NCBI GenBank assembly: GCA_964431195.1
Contig: CAYSIQ010000007.1
Span: 1-35,113 of the forward strand
Direction: 5' to 3'
DNA from: an uncultured Bacteroides sp.
GTDB taxonomy: Bacteria > Bacteroidota > Bacteroidia > Bacteroidales > Bacteroidaceae
DNA length: 35,113 bases
A program made the translations under genes and the position numbers. Positions within the stretch are counted from its first letter, which is position 1, and each line of letters starts with the position of its first letter. Below, one piece after another: positions 19,858-29,120 of this stretch. Below the pieces are notes generated by a model. The model saw only the letters and a list, made by a program, of their open reading frames with translations. It was not told where the DNA came from and ran no database searches.

Positions 19858-19970
19858 GCGGCGCGGCACGCGGCAAATTGCGTGCGGAAGCCCCGGAATG
19901 ATGGTTCATAAGCCGGAATTGCGTATCTTGCGGCCGGAAAACAACCATTATCCATATAATTTGCTGGAAC

Positions 19971-21317
19971 ATGAAGTACCAAGTAGCCATCATCGGCGGC
20001 GGCCCTGCGGGATATACGGCCGCCGAAACTGCCGCTAAGGCAGGCTTGAGTGTCGTACTCTTTGAAAAACAAAAAGTGGGGGGCGTCTGCCTCAACGAGG
20101 GATGCATCCCTACCAAGGCTTTGCTCTATTCGGCCAAGCTTTATGACCAGGCGCGCGGGGCGCAGAAGTACGCCGTCAGCGCGCCGGGCGCCGCGATTGA
20201 TTTGCCCAAGGCCATCGCCCGCAAGCAGAAAGTGGTGCGCAAGCTGGCGCTGGGCATCAAAGCCCGGCTGGATGCCTGCGGCGTGGCAGTGGTGGAGGGG
20301 GAAGCCGCCGTGCTCGGCCCGCGCCGGGTGCAGTGCAACGGCGAGGCGTATGAATGCGGCAGCCTGCTGCTGTGTACCGGCTCGGAAACGTTCATACCGC
20401 CCCTGCCCGGCATCGGCTCCGTGCCTTACTGGACGCACCGCGACGCGCTGGAGTGCAGGGAATTGCCCGAGTCGCTGGCCATCGTGGGCGGGGGGGCGAT
20501 AGGCATGGAGTTCGCCTCCTTCTTCAGCAGCCTGGGCACGAAGGTCACTGTCATCGAGATGATGGATGAAATATTGGGCGGCATGGACAAGGAGCTGGCC
20601 GCCGGGCTGCGGGGCGTTTATGCCGGGCGCGGCGTCCGTTTCCTGACCGGCACGCGCGTCACGGCTTTGGCTCCTGCCGGAAGCGGGGAGGCGGATATTG
20701 AAGTGAGTTACGAGTCGGGCGAAGGAGCCGGCAGGTTGACTGCCCGCCGGCTGCTGGTGAGCGCGGGCCGCCGTCCCGTCACGGCCGGCTTGGAAGCCCT
20801 CCGCCTGGAGCGCGACGGGCAAGGGCGCATCCGCGTGGACGGGCAGATGCGCACTTCCGTGCCCGGCGTGTTTGCCTGCGGCGATATCACGGGCTTTTCG
20901 CTCTTGGCGCACACCGCCGTGCGCGAAGCCGAAGTGGCCGTGCATGCCCTGCTTGGCAAGGACGACACGATGAGCTACCGCGCCATCCCCGCCGTGGCCT
21001 ATACCAACCCGGAGATTGCGGGCGCGGGCGAAACGGAAGAGTCGCTCGCCCGCAAAGGCGTCGCCTACCGCGCGGTGAAACTCCCCATGGCCTATTCAGG
21101 CCGATTCGTGGCGGAAAACGAAGGCTTCAGCGGCATTTGCAAGCTGTTGCTGGGCGACGACGGCGCCGTGCTGGGCGCGCACATGCTGGGCAATCCCGCG
21201 TCGGAGGTCATCACCCTTGCCGTTATGGCCATCGAAAACAGGCTCGCCGCCGAGGCGTGGAAGAAAGTCGTGTTCCCGCATCCCACCGTGGGCGAGATTT
21301 GGCGGGAGATGCTTTAA
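19971..21317 (+). CDS. lpdA: Dihydrolipoyl dehydrogenase
   Basis: GGGPAGY, redox-active GGVCLNEGCIPTK, GGGAIGME, GD...LAH and FPHPTVGE motifs. Confidence 0.95.
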   Translation: MKYQVAIIGGGPAGYTAAETAAKAGLSVVLFEKQKVGGVCLNEGCIPTKALLYSAKLYDQARGAQKYAVSAPGAAIDLPKAIARKQKVVRKLALGIKARLDACGVAVVEGEAAVLGPRRVQCNGEAYECGSLLLCTGSETFIPPLPGIGSVPYWTHRDALECRELPESLAIVGGGAIGMEFASFFSSLGTKVTVIEMMDEILGGMDKELAAGLRGVYAGRGVRFLTGTRVTALAPAGSGEADIEVSYESGEGAGRLTARRLLVSAGRRPVTAGLEALRLERDGQGRIRVDGQMRTSVPGVFACGDITGFSLLAHTAVREAEVAVHALLGKDDTMSYRAIPAVAYTNPEIAGAGETEESLARKGVAYRAVKLPMAYSGRFVAENEGFSGICKLLLGDDGAVLGAHMLGNPASEVITLAVMAIENRLAAEAWKKVVFPHPTVGEIWREML

Positions 21318-21742
21318 TCCGGCGCGGCGTTTTGCAGCAGGCTTAGTGCCTTGTCCTCGGCATCCTCCATGATTTCGCGTTCGCCCGGCCCCTTGTCGTT
21401 GATGCCGCACAGGTGGAGGATGCCGTGGATGACCACGCGGCGCAGTTCCGTGCCGTAGGCGGTGCGGAAGAGTTGGGCGTTGCTCCTCACGGTGTCGAGG
21501 CTGATAAAGAGGTCTCCGTTGAGGCGGTCGCCTTCGCAGTAGTCGAAGGTGATGATGTCTGTGTAGTAATCGTGGCGCAGGTATTGGCGGTTTATTTCCA
21601 AGATGCGCTCGTCCGAGCAGAAGATATAGGCAATCTGCCCGATGCGCTTGCCGTAGGAGGCGGCCACGGCTTTGATCCACGCGGTGGTTTCACGGCGGGG
21701 AAGCGCGGGCATGTCCACGCCGTCAGTCTGGTAGGTAATCAT
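21314..21742 (-). CDS. ybeY: rRNA maturation endoribonuclease YbeY
   Basis: INRQYLRHDYYTDIITF, GDLFIS and HGILHLCGINDK motifs. Confidence 0.96.
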   Translation of the reverse strand: MITYQTDGVDMPALPRRETTAWIKAVAASYGKRIGQIAYIFCSDERILEINRQYLRHDYYTDIITFDYCEGDRLNGDLFISLDTVRSNAQLFRTAYGTELRRVVIHGILHLCGINDKGPGEREIMEDAEDKALSLLQNAAPD

Positions 21743-21787
21743 TCGGATAGGGTAAGGGAACAGGGCAGGGTGGTAAATAATGTACGG

Positions 21788-23020
21788 TCAGGAAAAGAAA
21801 AGGTAGCTGACGGCCAATGCCGCCACGATGCCCGAAAAGTCGGCAATCAGCCCGCACGTCACGGCATTGCGCGTCCGGGTGATGCCCACGCTGCCAAAAT
21901 ATACCGCAAGGATGTAGAACGTCGTGTCCGATGCCCCGCGCGCCACGCAGCTTGCCCGTCCCGCGAACGAGTCGGGGCCGTACTCTTTCATGGCATCGAT
22001 CATCAGCCCGTTGGCGCCGCTTCCGCTTAGCGACTTCATCAGTGCCGTGGGCAAGGCTCCCACAAACGAAGTGTCCAGCCCGCACCACCCTGCCGCCGCG
22101 CCGATGCCGCCCGCCAGCAAGTCCATCGCTCCCGAAGCGCGGAACACCCCGATGCCCACCAGGAATGCCACCAAGTAGGGGATGATGCGCACGGCCGTGC
22201 CGAACCCCTCCCTCGCGCCTTCGATAAAGGCCGCATACACGTTCGCCCTTTTCCATACGCCCCACATGATGAACGCCAGTATGATGCAGCACAGCACGAT
22301 GTTCGCCGCCAGCGTGCCGTATTCCCCCATCGCTTCGCGCCCCGCGCGCGCGAATGCCCAGGCGAGCAGGGCGAACAGCAGCGCGATGCCTCCTGCCAGC
22401 AGCAGGACGGGCTTGCACAGCAGGTTGATGCGTTGCGACAGGCTCACCGCCGCAATGCCCACGGCAGTCGATGCCGTAGTGGCCAGCAGCGTGGGAAGGA
22501 ATATGTCGGTGGGTCGCGCCGCGCCCATTTGCGCACGGTACATCATGATGCTCACGGGAATCAGAATCAGCCCCGACGTGTTGATGACGAGGAACATGAT
22601 CATGGGATTGGTGGCCGTGTCTTTCTGCGGGTTCAGCTCCTGCAATTCCTTCATGGCTTTCAGCCCCAAGGGGGTGGCGGCATTGTCCAGCCCCAGCATG
22701 TTGGCTGACAAGTTCATGAAGATGGAACCGAGCGCGGGATGCCCCTTAGGTATGTCAGGGAAGAGCCGGCAAAGCACGGGGCTTAGCCAACGGCTCAAGG
22801 CCTGAATCATGCCGCTGTCCTCGCCGATCTTCATCAGTCCCAGCCAGAAAGCCAGAATGCCTGTCAGCCCCAGCGAGATTTCAAAAGCGTTCTTCGATGC
22901 ATCGAAAGTGGCATTGACAAGGCTTGTGAATATCTCCGTATCGCCCAAGAACACCAGCTTGCAAGCCGCAACAAGGAAAGCTGCCGCGAAGAAAGCGACC
23001 CAGATGTAGTTTAAAACCAT
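21788..23020 (-). CDS. SpmA/SpmB-like nucleoside recognition (Gate) domain membrane protein
   Basis: MVLNYIW, LFPDIPKGHPA, ANMLGLDNAATPLGLKAM, KSLSGSGA and DTTFYILAVYFGSV; multiple TM segments. Confidence 0.9.
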   Translation of the reverse strand: MVLNYIWVAFFAAAFLVAACKLVFLGDTEIFTSLVNATFDASKNAFEISLGLTGILAFWLGLMKIGEDSGMIQALSRWLSPVLCRLFPDIPKGHPALGSIFMNLSANMLGLDNAATPLGLKAMKELQELNPQKDTATNPMIMFLVINTSGLILIPVSIMMYRAQMGAARPTDIFLPTLLATTASTAVGIAAVSLSQRINLLCKPVLLLAGGIALLFALLAWAFARAGREAMGEYGTLAANIVLCCIILAFIMWGVWKRANVYAAFIEGAREGFGTAVRIIPYLVAFLVGIGVFRASGAMDLLAGGIGAAAGWCGLDTSFVGALPTALMKSLSGSGANGLMIDAMKEYGPDSFAGRASCVARGASDTTFYILAVYFGSVGITRTRNAVTCGLIADFSGIVAALAVSYLFFS

Positions 23021-23040
23021 AATCGAATGTTAATTTGCCG

Positions 23041-23048
23041 CAAAATTA
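23041..23048 (-). promoter_or_regulatory. Sigma-A -7 element for the spm-ybeY operon
   Basis: Minus-strand TAATTTTG, 20 bp upstream of the ATG. Confidence 0.65.
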
Positions 23049-23507
23049 CGCATAAAATCTTGCAATATTCCGGATTCTTACGAATATTGTACAAGCAATG
23101 GCAGCCGGGGCGGGAAAGCTCCCGGAATGCCCGCCTAAGCCATGCGCGAGGGGCGGCGGGTTTGCCTTGTTTATCCGGCAACCCGCAACTTGCCCGTAAC
23201 CGCCGGGCGTGCCCGGCTTAAAAGGCTGCAATGGCATGCCATCGGCATCTTTCGCCACGCCTCGGAGCAGCGGACAGGAAGAAAGAAGATGCAGGCGGGA
23301 CGGCGGCGGGCAAAGCGCGTGCCCCCTTGCTTCGTGAAGATGCCTTTCTTTGGGCTCGCGCCCGTCCCGTGCCCGGCAGCCCCGGATGGCTTGTCGGATC
23401 GCCATAAGGATATAAGGAGGGATGTACGCTGCAACGCTGCCCGCAGGGCGAGACAGGCACAAAATATTCTTTTAATTCTGCCTTTCGCAGGAGGGTGAAA
23501 GGCTTTA

Positions 23508-25358
23508 ATGTTTATTTATTGTTATGGCACAGAAGACGAACAAGTTCGTGAAAGGACGCATTTACAGGCTTCCCGTCAAGGAGAAAAGGAAACCATAAAG
23601 GAAGAAGACGGGCAGGGCGGCGAAGTCATGCTCGAAGAGGGCTATGTGGAAGAGCTGATGCACCTCATCAACAGTGTGGCCATGCAGCAGGAGGAACGCA
23701 TCGTCTCCTACAACTACTTGGCCATGGCCCGTATCTTTGCCCTGCTGGTTGACAAGGGCGAGATGGCCGAATATTTCACCCGCCGCATGTATTTCCTCCG
23801 GCTGTTGCAGCAGTTCTCCATCAACGGCAAAGTTGACATGGAGCAACTGAAGGAGCAGGGGCGCATGGATGCCGGCCTGCTGGCTCGGCACCCGCTCCTG
23901 CAAAGCTGCCTTACCGAGCTGCGCATCTTGAGCTGCTTGGATCGCCCTGCCATGAACCCTTTCCTGTGGGAGGTGGCGGCCAACGGCGCCGACTACGAAC
24001 GCCTGTCCGGGCTGGCGAGGCTGTCGCTTGCCTACAACCTGCTCGATGGCTTCGACATGCAGGAAGAGCGGCAGGCCATCCGCCTGAAAGTGCGCGGGCT
24101 GGTCAACCTTGAAGAGAAGGAACCCGAAATCTACACTTTCGGCGAGGAGAGCCAGCACGTGGAGTTCAAGGCAAGCTATGCCTATCCGCCCGAAAACGGC
24201 TTCCGCGCCGACCTGCCCCGCCAAAGCCAGCGCATCATGGAGGTGATTTGCGGCTTCCTCAATGCCGAGGGCGGGACGCTTTACTTAGGGGTGAACGACT
24301 ACGGCACGGCCAACGGCCTCGACATGGACTTGGCATACTTCGGCAGCAAAGACCGTTACGACCGGCACATCCGCACCAACATTGTCGATACCATGGGGCC
24401 GGAAGCCAACTCCTGCGTGTCGGTGGACTATCCCGATGCGGGCGATAAGTTCGTTTACGCCCTGCGCATCGAGCCGTGCCCCCATCCCGTGAAGTGCAAT
24501 GGCGCTTACTTCCAGCGGCAAGGCACTTCCACGTGGCGGTTGGAAGGCGAAGCGTTGAACGCTTTCCTGCAAAGCCGCCGCGCAAAGGCTGCTTCCTTGC
24601 CCGCGAAGAAGGAGAAAGCGGCGGATCCCGAGGCCGGCGCGCCTGCCGGAACGCCCGTTACGCCCGATCCCTCTGCCTCCCTGCCGCCCCGGCCGTCCGC
24701 CGGGACCGGAACCGCGGGAACGGCTGCCGCCGCCGGGGAAGAAGAGGCATATTTGCCTTACTCCATACCCACCAGCCGCTTGCGCCGCAACGTCACGCAC
24801 AGCTACGAGGAAGGTTACGGGGAAGGCGTGGTGGCGTACCTGCACCTGCTGGACAACAGCGGCTATATGCTGACCGGCGAGGAGATTTGGTGCGATGTCC
24901 TGCTCACCCTGTCCATCCGCGAGGAAGAGGCCGACGGCTATCTGGTGCTTGTTTACGAGAGCGGGCGCGTGCTCAAGGTGCCCATGCAGGAGCTGTTGGA
25001 GCGTACCGAGGGGCGCGAATACAAGCGCTTCGGTTCCGAACGCGTCATTTTCGCGTCCCCCGCGCAGAAAGACGATGCCCTGCTGCTCGTGCAGCGGGAA
25101 CTTCCCGACCGGTTAGGCTTCCGCATGGACGACTTGGAACAGATAAAGGAAAGCGGCATGCGCTCCAAGGGCGAGCCGGTCACTTCGGTAGAGCCGGCCG
25201 GCGTGCTGATGTGCGAAATCATTCCTGCCGGCGAGAAGCCGCGTTTCCAGCGCATCTGCAACCTGCGCCGCACCAGCATCGGCCCCAACCTCATCACCGA
25301 ATGGGGGCGACCCGAACAGGAAGAGTTCCGCAAGTTAGGCATTCCCTTGCGCTTCTGA
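23508..25358 (+). CDS. Schlafen/AlbA_2 domain protein, probably the 3' remnant of a larger gene
   Basis: GEESQHVEFKAS...ICGFLNAEGGTLYLGVNDYG...YFQRQGTST is the AlbA_2 signature, followed by a Pro/Ala/Gly linker and an unknown C-terminal domain. The start is doubtful because of a short out-of-frame ORF at 23524. Confidence 0.75.
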   Translation: MFIYCYGTEDEQVRERTHLQASRQGEKETIKEEDGQGGEVMLEEGYVEELMHLINSVAMQQEERIVSYNYLAMARIFALLVDKGEMAEYFTRRMYFLRLLQQFSINGKVDMEQLKEQGRMDAGLLARHPLLQSCLTELRILSCLDRPAMNPFLWEVAANGADYERLSGLARLSLAYNLLDGFDMQEERQAIRLKVRGLVNLEEKEPEIYTFGEESQHVEFKASYAYPPENGFRADLPRQSQRIMEVICGFLNAEGGTLYLGVNDYGTANGLDMDLAYFGSKDRYDRHIRTNIVDTMGPEANSCVSVDYPDAGDKFVYALRIEPCPHPVKCNGAYFQRQGTSTWRLEGEALNAFLQSRRAKAASLPAKKEKAADPEAGAPAGTPVTPDPSASLPPRPSAGTGTAGTAAAAGEEEAYLPYSIPTSRLRRNVTHSYEEGYGEGVVAYLHLLDNSGYMLTGEEIWCDVLLTLSIREEEADGYLVLVYESGRVLKVPMQELLERTEGREYKRFGSERVIFASPAQKDDALLLVQRELPDRLGFRMDDLEQIKESGMRSKGEPVTSVEPAGVLMCEIIPAGEKPRFQRICNLRRTSIGPNLITEWGRPEQEEFRKLGIPLRF

Positions 25359-25382
25359 CCGCGCTTTTCCCATCTTCCGCAT

Positions 25383-25462
25383 GCATATACGCACTGCCTT
25401 TCCCCCGTGCGCGCACGGAGCAAAGGCGGTGCGCGCACGGGGCGCGCTCCATACGTGCATGG
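25383..25462. repeat. Palindromic array with 22 bp period
   Basis: GCATATACGCACTG at 25383 (degenerate), CCGTGCGCGCACGG at 25405 (perfect palindrome), CGGTGCGCGCACGG at 25427 and CCATACGTGCATGG at 25449. Confidence 0.7.
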
Positions 25463-25547
25463 GACGAATGGCGTTTATTTATTGTCCGCTTCCTTAAACG
25501 AATCCTAATAATCGCCCTCGTTGGCAGGTTTTTTATTCCTAAATGGT

Positions 25548-25555
25548 TATCTTTG
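25548..25555 (+). promoter_or_regulatory. Sigma-A -7 element for the DUF2723 operon
   Basis: TATCTTTG, 47 bp upstream of ATG 25603. Confidence 0.7.
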
Positions 25556-25602
25556 CGGCCGGGTTTGCAGTTAAGGAAGAAAACAATCAACGAATCATAC
25601 GG

Positions 25603-28600
25603 ATGAGACAGTACAAGTTCATAAACAACCTTGCAGGTTGGATTACTTTCGCCATTGCATCGACAGTCTATTGCATGACCATCGAGCCTACCGCCAGTTT
25701 CTGGGACTGCGGGGAGTTTATCATCACCGGCTATAAGCTGGAAGTAGGGCACCCGCCCGGCGCGCCTTTCTTCATGCTGATGTCCAACCTCTTCTCCCAG
25801 TTCGCGTCCAGTCCCGCCACGGTGGCAAAGATGGTGAACTACATGAGCGCGCTGATGAGCGGCGCGTGCATCCTTTTCCTGTTCTGGAGCATCACCCACT
25901 TGGTGCGCAAGTTGGTCGTTGCCGATGGGTCGTCGTCCGTCACGGCGGGCCAGCTTGTCTCCATCATAGGCAGCGGCTTGGCGGGCGCGCTGGCCTACAC
26001 GTTTAGCGACACTTTTTGGTTCTCGGCAGTGGAGGGGGAGGTCTATGCGTCCTCGTCGCTGTTCACCGCCGTGGTGTTCTGGCTGATTCTGAAGTGGGAG
26101 GACGTGGCGGACGAGCCTCATTCCGACCGCTGGCTGGTGCTGATTGCCTACCTTACGGGCTTGAGCATCGGCGTCCATCTGCTCAACCTGCTTTGCCTGC
26201 CCGCCATTGTGCTGGTTTATTATTATAAAAAGGTGTCCGCCGCCAACGTCAAAGGTTCGCTGCTGGCTCTGCTGGGGTCGGGGGTGTTGGTGGCGGTGGT
26301 GCTCTACGGCATCGTGCCCGGCATTGTGAAAGTGGGCGGCTGGTTCGAGCTGCTGTTTGTCAACGGGCTGAGCATGCCGTTCAATACGGGAGCCATTGTC
26401 TATGCCGTAGTGCTGGTGGGCGTGCTGGCATGGAGCGTCCGTGAAAGTTACATGGGCAAGAACCGCAAGCGTATGGCCATGTCGTTCGTCCTCGCGGTGG
26501 CGGCACTCGGCATACCTTTCTACGGCCACGGCGCGTGGTCGGCGGTGATCGGCATCGGAGTGATTGCCCTGCTGTGGATCTACCTGAGCCCCAAGATGCA
26601 GGATATGCTGAAAGGAAAATGGCGTGTCAGCGCGCGCGTGCTCAATACGGTGCTGCTTTGCGCCATGATGATTGCGGCCGGCTATTCGTCCTACGCCCTC
26701 ATCATGATCCGCTCCACGGCCAATACGCCGATGGACCAGAACTCGCCCGAAGACATCTTTACGCTGGGCGAATACTTGGGCCGCGAGCAATACGGCACGC
26801 GCCCCCTGTTTTATGGGCAAACTTTCTCTTCGCAGGTGGCGTATGACAAGAAAGACGACTATTGCGAGCCGCGCGTCAAGTTGGAAACAACCAAATACGT
26901 GCGCAAGGACAAGTCTTCGCCCGACGAGAATGACAGCTACATCGAAATTCCCGGCCGCATTGAATATGAGTATGCGCAGAACATGTTCTTCCCGCGCATG
27001 TACAGCTCGTCCCACGCCGAGCAGTACCGTTCGTGGGTGAATATCAAAGGGCACGACGTGTCATACGACCGTTGCGACGGCCAGGTCACCGTCAACGTTC
27101 CCACGCAGTGGGAGAACCTCAAGTTCTTCTTCACCTACCAGGTCAACTGGATGTACTGGCGTTACTTTATGTGGAACTTCGCCGGCCGCCAGAATGATTT
27201 TCAAGGCAACGGCGAGATTGAACACGGCAACTGGATTACGGGCATTCCCTTTATCGACAACCTGCGGGTGGGCGACCAGACCTACCTGCCTGCGGAACTG
27301 AAAGAGAACAAGGGGCACAACGTCTTCTACTGCCTGCCGCTGCTGCTGGGCATCATCGGGCTGCTGTGGCAAGCAGTCTATCGGGGCCGCCGGGGCATAC
27401 AGCAGTTCTGGGTGGTGTTCTTCCTGTTCTTCATGACGGGGCTTGCCATTGTGCTTTACCTGAACCAGACGCCGTTGCAGCCGCGTGAACGCGACTATGC
27501 CTACGCCGGCTCGTTCTATGCTTTCGCCATTTGGATAGGCATGGGCGTGGCAGGGCTGATCCAGCTGCTTCTCCTCAAGCCCGGGCCTTGCTTGAAAGAA
27601 GGCGTTTCGGAAGAAGAGGTCGCAGCCTTGATGCGCCGCATAGAGGCAAACGATTTCCTCAACGATGCCAAGCGCGCAGAGGCGGAGATGCAGCTTGCCG
27701 GCATGTATGAAGAAGTCGTCCCTTTCCGCCCCAATGCCGCGTTGGCAGGAGTGGTAGCCCTTGTCTGCCTGCTGGTGCCTGTGCAGATGGCAAGCCAGAC
27801 GTGGGACGACCACGACCGCAGCGGGCGTTACGTCTGCCGCGACTTCGGGCAGAACTACCTCATGTCGTTGCAAGAGTCGGGGAATCCCGTCATCTTCACC
27901 AACGGCGATAACGACACTTTCCCCCTGTGGTACAACCAGGAAACCGAAGGCTTCCGCACCGATGCCCGCACCTGCAACCTCAGCTACTTGCAGACCGACT
28001 GGTACATCGACCAGATGAAGCGCCCGGCATACGGCAGTCCCGCGTTGCCCATCACGTGGAATCACCCCGAATACCGCGAGGGCATGAACGACTATGTCCC
28101 CGTGCGCCCCGAAGTCAAGAAAAGCATCCGCGAGCTATACGCCAACGCCGAGAAGGCCGCAGCGGACGGTAAAACCGAAACCCTTGTGGACGTGCGGCGC
28201 GAATGGGGCGAAAACCCCTTCGAGGTGAAGAACGTGCTGAAGCATTGGGTGCGCGGGGACTTGCAGTGCATCCCTACTGACACCTTATTTATCAAAGTGG
28301 ACAAGGAAGCCGTGCGGCGCAGCGGCATGCTCGTTCCCGGCGACTCCATCCCGGATTACATGTGCATCTCGCTCAAAGGCAAACGCGCCCTCTACAAAAA
28401 CGAACTGATGATGCTCGAGATGCTTTCCGAGGCCAATTGGGAACGTCCCATTTACATGGCCATCAGCGTGGGCGAGGAGAACCGGCTGGGCATGGATAAT
28501 AACTTTGTCCAGGAAGGGCTTGCCTACCGCTTCACGCCTTTCGACAACCGCGTGACGGGCGTGGCCATCGACAGCGAGAAGATGTACGACAACCTGATGA

Positions 28601-29091
28601 ACAAGTTCAAATTCGGCGGCATCGACAAGCCCGGCATCTACCTTGATGAGAACACCATGCGCATGTGTTACTCCCACCGGCGCGTCTTTGCCCAACTGGC
28701 AGATCAGTTGCTGAAAGAAGACAAGCGCGACAAGGCCAAAGCCGTCCTCGACTATGCGGAGGAAAGGATTCCCGACTTCAACGTTCCCTATGACTGGCAG
28801 AACGGCGCGGGGCAAATGGCGGAGGCATACTACCGGTTAGGCGACATGGAGAAAGGCGATGCCATTGCCAAGGCGTTGGCAGACAAGGCGCAGGAATACC
28901 TCACTTGGTACCTTAGCCTCGACAGCAACCGCTTCCGGCTTTCCATGGGGGAATTCCAGTACCACTGGGCCGTATTGAGCCACCTGGTAGATATGATGAA
29001 GAAATACGATTCCAACGCTGTTGCCCCCTACGCCGCCAAGTTGGACGAGCTGTACAGGCACTACGGCACGCGGAAAGAGGAGCAGCCGTAA
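25603..29091 (+). CDS. DUF2723 membrane protein (TMEM260-like GT-C fold glycosyltransferase)
   Basis: SFWDCGEFI, HPPGAP, FWFSAVEGEVY, QPRERDY and FTNGDNDTFPLWY motifs; many TM helices. Start at ATG 25603 (MRQYK). Confidence 0.92.
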   Translation: MRQYKFINNLAGWITFAIASTVYCMTIEPTASFWDCGEFIITGYKLEVGHPPGAPFFMLMSNLFSQFASSPATVAKMVNYMSALMSGACILFLFWSITHLVRKLVVADGSSSVTAGQLVSIIGSGLAGALAYTFSDTFWFSAVEGEVYASSSLFTAVVFWLILKWEDVADEPHSDRWLVLIAYLTGLSIGVHLLNLLCLPAIVLVYYYKKVSAANVKGSLLALLGSGVLVAVVLYGIVPGIVKVGGWFELLFVNGLSMPFNTGAIVYAVVLVGVLAWSVRESYMGKNRKRMAMSFVLAVAALGIPFYGHGAWSAVIGIGVIALLWIYLSPKMQDMLKGKWRVSARVLNTVLLCAMMIAAGYSSYALIMIRSTANTPMDQNSPEDIFTLGEYLGREQYGTRPLFYGQTFSSQVAYDKKDDYCEPRVKLETTKYVRKDKSSPDENDSYIEIPGRIEYEYAQNMFFPRMYSSSHAEQYRSWVNIKGHDVSYDRCDGQVTVNVPTQWENLKFFFTYQVNWMYWRYFMWNFAGRQNDFQGNGEIEHGNWITGIPFIDNLRVGDQTYLPAELKENKGHNVFYCLPLLLGIIGLLWQAVYRGRRGIQQFWVVFFLFFMTGLAIVLYLNQTPLQPRERDYAYAGSFYAFAIWIGMGVAGLIQLLLLKPGPCLKEGVSEEEVAALMRRIEANDFLNDAKRAEAEMQLAGMYEEVVPFRPNAALAGVVALVCLLVPVQMASQTWDDHDRSGRYVCRDFGQNYLMSLQESGNPVIFTNGDNDTFPLWYNQETEGFRTDARTCNLSYLQTDWYIDQMKRPAYGSPALPITWNHPEYREGMNDYVPVRPEVKKSIRELYANAEKAAADGKTETLVDVRREWGENPFEVKNVLKHWVRGDLQCIPTDTLFIKVDKEAVRRSGMLVPGDSIPDYMCISLKGKRALYKNELMMLEMLSEANWERPIYMAISVGEENRLGMDNNFVQEGLAYRFTPFDNRVTGVAIDSEKMYDNLMNKFKFGGIDKPGIYLDENTMRMCYSHRRVFAQLADQLLKEDKRDKAKAVLDYAEERIPDFNVPYDWQNGAGQMAEAYYRLGDMEKGDAIAKALADKAQEYLTWYLSLDSNRFRLSMGEFQYHWAVLSHLVDMMKKYDSNAVAPYAAKLDELYRHYGTRKEEQP

Positions 29092-29120
29092 CGTCCGGTC
29101 GCCATAGATGCTGATGAGCC

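Noticed and set aside
23100-23460. GC-rich intergenic region as ncRNA or small genes; AAAGCTCCCGG shared with about 13720
   Set aside because: No convincing long stem, known motif or coding signal; the shared word is too short to support a repeat family.
25294-27054. 586 aa minus-strand ORF, and similar ORFs at 19623-20945, 29736-30992 and 24476-25606
   Set aside because: Shadow ORFs overlapping well-supported genes; composition is typical of non-coding frames.
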